From NCBI GenBank assembly GCA_000991205.1, contig LBRC01000001.1, forward strand, positions 1 to 47,664: a DNA stretch of 47,664 bases, given 5' to 3'. Below are positions 43,475 to 47,664 of the stretch, piece by piece; the stretch's first letter is position 1; each line of letters starts with the position of its first letter. Origin of the DNA: Parcubacteria group bacterium GW2011_GWA2_36_10. Its GTDB lineage: Bacteria > Patescibacteriota > Patescibacteriia > UBA1558 > GWA2-36-10. A program made the position numbers and the translations under genes. The notes under the pieces were generated by a model. It was not told the origin of the DNA. It made no database searches and worked only from the letters and a program-made list of their open reading frames with translations.

Positions 43475-44885
43475 TAGTTTTGTAGTTAAGCCAATAACTC
43501 AAAATAAACATCAGGCATAATAAAATAAGTAAAGCACTTAGTTTGGCTTTGGTAGTAAAGAATATAGAGACTGCCCCAAATAATAAAGCTAAAAAAGAAT
43601 ACAATAAAACTACTTGTCTTTGGGATAAACCTAGTTTTAATAAACGGAAATGCAAATGATGCTGATTATCGCCTTGCCAAAAAGCTTGTTTATTTTTTAG
43701 ACGTCGGATAATCACCCATAAGACATCTAAAGCTGGCAAACCCATCACTAATAAAGCCGTAGCTATTTTAGCTCCAGAAAGAATCGCTAAAACGCCTAAA
43801 CTAAAACCAATAAAAGTACTGCCTGACTCACCTAAAAAAATCTTAGCCGGATAAAAATTCCACACCAAAAAGCCTAAAATAGCACCAGCTAAACCAAGAC
43901 TTAATAGAGAAGTAGTAGAGCCAGACACATCCCAGCTCAAACTCACCAAAAAAATAATAAAACTAGCTACTAAACCCAAAGACCCAACTAAACCATCAAG
44001 ACCATCTAAGACTTTCGTGGTATAAGTCATGCCCAAGAGCCATAAAAAAGTAATGGCTAGCATCACTAAAATGCTCAAGTCACCAAAAAAATTTTCAAAG
44101 TACCAGACACCACCTTGCCAGCTAGTCAAGTATGAAACTTTGACACCACCTATCAGCATCACTACAGAGGCCAAAATTGGGCCCATGATGCTTATTTTAG
44201 CCTTTAAGGCATATTTATCGTCTAAAAATCCGCCAATTGCGCGGGCAGCTAGTATTACTCTCAGCTTTTCGACGCTATATTGCCGTTTAATAAGTTTTTG
44301 AAATATCTGCTCAGCCAGTTTGGTACTCTTCAAAACACTGAAAACTCTTTGAATTAAATAGCCAATATCATAACCTTCAACGCTGTCTGCCTTTGCATGC
44401 TCACCATCAATCAGCCCAAGTTTGCCAGAACCTGTCACTTCAAGTATCTTAAACGTTACGCCCGGCCCATTAGTTATATCACCTAGCGTAATACTGTCGC
44501 CCGTATAAACAGGCTGGTTTGCACTTGTCGTTGAACCAACCAGAATGTTTCCTACAACACTGGTTGATGCAACGGTAGTTGAACCAAACACCTTGCCATT
44601 CGCAGTAAATACACCGGTATCATTACCCGATTCAACCAGCATAATGTTCCGTGCCACAATATCCTGGGGACCGACCGACAATATTGATCCTGTGGTCTGA
44701 TCAATAGCCTCAATCTGCACCCTGGATGTGCCTGTGCCTGGATTACCGGACAGCAAAACGCTCCGGTTTGAAAACCCAATTACATCTTTCCCAACGGGAT
44801 TTAAGTTCTCGTCAGGGTCGGTAATGCTCAAGCGTGTTTCCTGATGAGACGGTAAGGTATGCGTCTGACCCTGTTGATGTATCAC
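43458..44885 (-). CDS. composite ORF. The C-terminal ~310 aa (about 43458-44380) are a MraY/WecA-family polyprenyl-phosphate HexNAc-1-phosphate transferase; the N-terminal ~165 aa belong to an unrelated higher-GC surface-protein gene.
   Basis: MraY/WecA hallmarks: GGFLDDKYAL, VLDGLDGLVGSLG, FLGESGSTFIGF, DVLWVIIRRL...GDNQHHLHFRLL. The expected first TM helix and RK.H loop are missing. The N-terminal part (LSITDPDENLNPVGKD...TGSILSVGPQDIV) is Thr/Gly/Ser-rich and has different base composition. Confidence 0.7.
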   Translation of the reverse strand: MIHQQGQTHTLPSHQETRLSITDPDENLNPVGKDVIGFSNRSVLLSGNPGTGTSRVQIEAIDQTTGSILSVGPQDIVARNIMLVESGNDTGVFTANGKVFGSTTVASTSVVGNILVGSTTSANQPVYTGDSITLGDITNGPGVTFKILEVTGSGKLGLIDGEHAKADSVEGYDIGYLIQRVFSVLKSTKLAEQIFQKLIKRQYSVEKLRVILAARAIGGFLDDKYALKAKISIMGPILASVVMLIGGVKVSYLTSWQGGVWYFENFFGDLSILVMLAITFLWLLGMTYTTKVLDGLDGLVGSLGLVASFIIFLVSLSWDVSGSTTSLLSLGLAGAILGFLVWNFYPAKIFLGESGSTFIGFSLGVLAILSGAKIATALLVMGLPALDVLWVIIRRLKNKQAFWQGDNQHHLHFRLLKLGLSQRQVVLLYSFLALLFGAVSIFFTTKAKLSALLILLCLMFILSYWLNYKTNAQQN

Positions 44886-45351
44886 CGCCCGTATTTGCTA
44901 CTAATTCTTTCAGGTTTAAACCTACCACAGATGTTCCTAAGCCAGGGAAGTTATGACTACCTGCACCAAAATCTTCGACATAACCAGAAATCGTGCCTAC
45001 AGGATACGTTGTTGATTGTGTCGATGCCGATGTAGTAAATATGGCACTGGCAGTACCTGTCTCTTGTAAGACAAAAGACGCTGAATTTGAACCTGCTTTT
45101 ACAGTCACGGTGATTGTATCCCGAGCACTGGTCGTATTTCCTGATGAATCAGTTACCGATAGCCAGGCGCGGTCAAAATCATTCGTACTGTCGCCATAGG
45201 ATGGAAAATAATTATCCCTGTCAAAACTACCCGTTGCGGCCTGTGCATTTGTAGACACACCCACCGCAAGGGCTACTGCCAGCATAAACACACTGACAAT
45301 GCTAAACCAACTTATTTTTTTACTTGTTTTCGGTCTTTCCATATCCGTCAA
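44812..45351 (-). pseudogene. 5' part of a secreted Thr/Ser/Gly-rich surface protein gene, frameshifted near 44829 and continuing in the frame of ORF 43458..44885
   Basis: 179-aa ORF with a signal peptide (WFSIVSVFMLAVALAVGVSTNAQA). Removing one G at 44829 (minus strand) joins ...LTVSSGNTL to SITDPDENLNPVGKD... of the overlapping ORF. Confidence 0.55.
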
Positions 45352-46252
45352 TTCTCCTTTTTTATTGAAACTAACAAGACCAGAATTAAAGATAAATTCA
45401 CTGTTCTCTATTCTTTAATTGCAGAGGCAGATTTAAAACCTGTCTCTACTTTAGACGCACTGCAGTGCGTCCCTACAACTAAAAATACCTTTGATCTCCC
45501 AATCAACTTCAACCCCTTTTCACCTCTCCACCACCTCCTTCTTTGAGAAAATGGCCAGGCAAGAGATGGGAAAAAACTAAGTGTTGATTTACTGCAACGA
45601 TTGCTGTTTTGCCGCACTGCCAGCCACACTCCTTCGTTCGCACAGCACAATACACCGGGGGCCACCGATGTACCTGTATTGCAGGAGAATCAAGTGTTGT
45701 TTTTCCCGATATCTTCCTCCTTTCTTCTAATAAATGCAAGATGATTTAATCTAAAATGTTTACTGATATGCCGTAACTGCTATTTTCAGACTGTGGGAAT
45801 ATAACATGCAAATATTTTCACGTCAACAAAAAAATTAAAAAATTTATGCTTTTTTACAATTATCTGCAGGGGTTAAAACTCTGAAATTTTTTCTATTTTG
45901 TGTAATATTTCAGAAAGCCTTCATTAAAATGGGTGTTTATTGCAAAAATTTACCGGGTCTTTCTGCAAAGGTGTTTTTGTTTGACTTCTCATCACCGCCT
46001 TGTTATTATTTCGACTCATTATTGTTAGTCTATCATTGGATTATGCCTTCGGCAACTTTAAAATACACATTTTCACGACAGCGCGCCACCCACTTCTCCC
46101 CAGCCAGCTGGGGACAGATGGTTGTCCGCCTCAGCATTGGGGATTAAGGGTGAGGCGCATTTGTTTGAATTTCCTCTGTGCTGGTTCAGGGCTTGAGGCC
46201 TGAACCGAAACATTTAGGTTCAATCGGGGACGATTGAACCAGCAAAAGAAAC

Positions 46253-46299
46253 GTAGCGCGAACTTTAGTTCGCTTATAATGAACTAAAGTTCGTGCTAC
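46253..46299. other. 19-bp-stem hairpin about 37 nt upstream of dnaA
   Basis: GTAGCGCGAACTTTAGTTC gcttataat GAACTAAAGTTCGTGCTAC, with one G-T wobble and otherwise perfect pairing. It is preceded by hairpins at 46098-46113, 46127-46157, 46183-46206 and 46217-46240. Confidence 0.6.
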
Positions 46300-46335
46300 T
46301 ATGGTAATTTTGAAATTCCTTTAATTATTTCACTC

Positions 46336-47664
46336 ATGCCTATAGGTTTAGAACAATCCAGTACAATAATAAAGGTTTTCCCGCGCAAGGGTGTCTCTTC
46401 AGACACCGACGCCAACTCCATACTTTTGGAAATATTAGCTGAATTAAAGATGTCCGTTCCTGCTCAGCAGTTCGATATATGGTTCTCTTGTCTGAGAATT
46501 TTCTCTATTGATGAAAGCAGTATTACATTTATAACGCCAAATAATTTCATAAAGGATTGGTTCTCCAGTAATTATAAGGACCTTTTCTCTGGCGCAGCTT
46601 ACCGGGTGTTAAATTCATCGCGGGAGATAGTATTCCTTGCTGAAGACGAAGCGCTCAGACAGTCGCAGGCTTCATCCGCCTCCTCCTGCGATACCCCTAA
46701 GTCTATTCGTGAATTACCCGCAAACAACGGGCAGGCGAATTCCCTGAACGGATACTACCGCTTTGAAAATTTCATCGTAGGGCCGTGCAACAGATTAGCT
46801 CATGCTGCTGCCGTTGCCGTTTCTGAGTCTCCGGGTATTGCGTATAATCCTCTTTTTATACATGGCGCGTCCGGGCTCGGGAAGACACATCTCCTGCATG
46901 CGATAAATAATGTGCTTCTCCCGAAACGCACAATAAGGACGCTTTACCTGTCCTGTGAACAATTCGTGAATCATTTTATTTCTACCATGCGGTCAAATAA
47001 CTGGGACGAATTCAGAAATCTTTACAGGAACCTGGATGTGCTCCTGCTCGATGATATACAATTCTTTGAAAACTTACAAGGCTGCAGAGAGGAGTTTTTC
47101 CACACCTTTAATGCACTTTATAATGCCAAGAAACAGATTGTTATCACGAGCGACTGTCCTCCCGAATCTTTAAATTCCCTTGAGGACAGACTCGTCTCCC
47201 GTTTTAAATGGGGATTGTTGTGCAGTGTTGATAGTCCCACAATAGAAACGCGCGTCGCGATTATCGAGAAAAACGCATCGCTCATGAACATAAACCTGAC
47301 GCACGACTTCGCTTCTTATCTTGCAGAACACCTCCCGGGCAACATCCGCGAGCTCGAAGGCGCAATTGTAAGATTGGGCAAGGAACTCAAGGTTACGAGA
47401 AATACTATGACATTGGATTTTATAAAAAAAGTCCTTCACGAAATAACGGGAAACAAACAATCGGTAGCTATTGAAGCCATTCTTCGTGCTGTTTCTGACA
47501 GATTTAATGTGAGTATATCTCAACTCCAGTCAAAGAGCAGGTCGAGAAGCCTCACATTACCAAGGCAAATAGCAATGTACCTTTCCCGAAAACTGACAAA
47601 TATGTCACTTACAGAGGTGGGGGGTTTTCTGGGGGGACGAGACCACTCCACAGTAATCCATGCA
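46336..47664 (+). CDS. dnaA: chromosomal replication initiator protein DnaA, 3' end cut off by the window edge
   Basis: Not in the ORF track (open-ended). My translation reads MPIGLEQ...ILLEILAELKMSVPAQQFDIWFSCL...YRFENFIVGPCNRLAHAAAVAVSE...NPLFIHGASGLGKTHLLHAI...LDVLLLDDIQFF...FHTFNALY...KQIVITSD...LEDRLVSRFKWGL...NIRELEGA...RSRSLTLPRQIAMYLSRKLTNMSLTEVGGFLGGRDHSTVIHA. An in-frame stop at 46285-46287 bounds the 5' end. Confidence 0.95.
   Translation, partial: MPIGLEQSSTIIKVFPRKGVSSDTDANSILLEILAELKMSVPAQQFDIWFSCLRIFSIDESSITFITPNNFIKDWFSSNYKDLFSGAAYRVLNSSREIVFLAEDEALRQSQASSASSCDTPKSIRELPANNGQANSLNGYYRFENFIVGPCNRLAHAAAVAVSESPGIAYNPLFIHGASGLGKTHLLHAINNVLLPKRTIRTLYLSCEQFVNHFISTMRSNNWDEFRNLYRNLDVLLLDDIQFFENLQGCREEFFHTFNALYNAKKQIVITSDCPPESLNSLEDRLVSRFKWGLLCSVDSPTIETRVAIIEKNASLMNINLTHDFASYLAEHLPGNIRELEGAIVRLGKELKVTRNTMTLDFIKKVLHEITGNKQSVAIEAILRAVSDRFNVSISQLQSKSRSRSLTLPRQIAMYLSRKLTNMSLTEVGGFLGGRDHSTVIHA

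Noticed and set aside
2685-44301. Short opposite-strand ORFs in the track that lie wholly inside long, well-supported genes: 2685-2879, 3233-3445, 3515-3709, 4655-4876, 11390-11686, 12730-12948, 18548-18778, 23208-23570, 25468-25671, 29344-29694, 33276-33485, 34572-34766, 35676-36020, 37334-37765, 44029-44301.
   Set aside because: Each is antisense to a gene with clear family motifs. They have low-complexity or arbitrary composition, and shadow ORFs of this kind are expected by chance.
1-44380. Possibility of an alternative genetic code (UGA recoding), as in some ultra-small bacterial lineages.
   Set aside because: All family-assignable genes are full length under the standard bacterial code, and their ORFs end at conventional stops with tight gene packing. 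No recoding is needed.
44552-45199. ORFs 44552-44779 (-) and 44993-45199 (+) in the higher-GC segment.
   Set aside because: They overlap the surface-protein reading frames in alternative frames or on the opposite strand. Their Cys/Arg/Pro-rich arbitrary sequences are typical of off-frame translation of GC-richer DNA.
45408-46203. Four 67-85-aa ORFs (45408-45665, 45509-45739, 45929-46147, 46000-46203) in the region upstream of dnaA.
   Set aside because: They overlap one another, are rich in Trp/Cys/Arg, and have no motifs and no convincing start context. I treated the region as non-coding. I also looked for an rpmH (L34)-like small ORF next to dnaA and did not find one.
46183-46240. GGTTCA...TGAACC hairpins considered as tRNA T-arm-like or tRNA fragments.
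   Set aside because: No acceptor, anticodon or D-arm arrangement can be built around them, and the stems are too long for tRNA arms.
47170-47523. 117-aa minus-strand ORF.
   Set aside because: It is antisense to the unmistakable dnaA reading frame.

Overview
Two very different pieces of DNA appear to be joined in this window.

**(1) Positions 1 to ~44,380.** This part is very AT-rich: a hand count of line 43501-43560 gives 17/60 GC. It is gene-dense and almost entirely minus-strand, with many 4-14 nt start/stop overlaps. I associate this style with small-genome Patescibacteria/CPR-like bacteria, which is inference only.
- It is dominated by a cell-envelope glycosylation region.
  - Four paralogous Wzy_C (O-antigen ligase/polymerase/O-OTase family) proteins, three full-length ones fused to TPR domains: 1-1049 (partial), 1058-3163, 28272-30272, 30955-33189.
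  - A polyprenyl-phosphate sugar-phosphate transferase at 3252-4619.
  - A ~22 kb co-directional block (4622-26474) with about 11 glycosyltransferases, a Wzx-like flippase and five SAM-methyltransferase domains.
  - In the same block: an FdtA-type 3,4-ketoisomerase plus DegT-type aminotransferase, a radical-SAM/SPASM protein, an SDR epimerase/dehydratase, a P-loop kinase-like protein, and an ArnC/ArnD/ArnT-like module (GT2, then a CE4 deacetylase fused to a GT-C).
  - A RelE/ParE-type toxin-antitoxin pair with a perfect operator palindrome sits at the head of that block.
- A 1208-aa Thr/Ser/Ala/Gly-rich secreted repeat protein (S-layer-like, 33239-36865) has a strong terminator and a 395-nt hairpin-rich leader.
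- Upstream of it lies an ECF sigma/anti-sigma pair.
- Next come an HtrA-like PDZ protein that seems to lack the catalytic triad, a coiled-coil protein with a 57-nt tandem repeat, a SET-domain protein, a HAD hydrolase, a DUF192 lipoprotein and a MraY/WecA-family transferase.
- A small family of GC-rich intercistronic hairpins with conserved flanks punctuates 40.4-42.4 kb.

**(2) Positions ~44,380 to the end.** GC jumps to the high 40s: 29/60 in line 44641-44700.
- This part holds a frameshifted, truncated secreted-protein gene that runs in frame into the MraY-like ORF.
- It also holds ~1 kb with no credible ORF but many hairpins, and a 3'-truncated dnaA (46336-47664, not in the ORF track).
- The junction looks like an assembly or binning chimera, or otherwise a very unusual recombination event.

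No rRNA, tRNA, CRISPR array, transposase or integrase could be supported.
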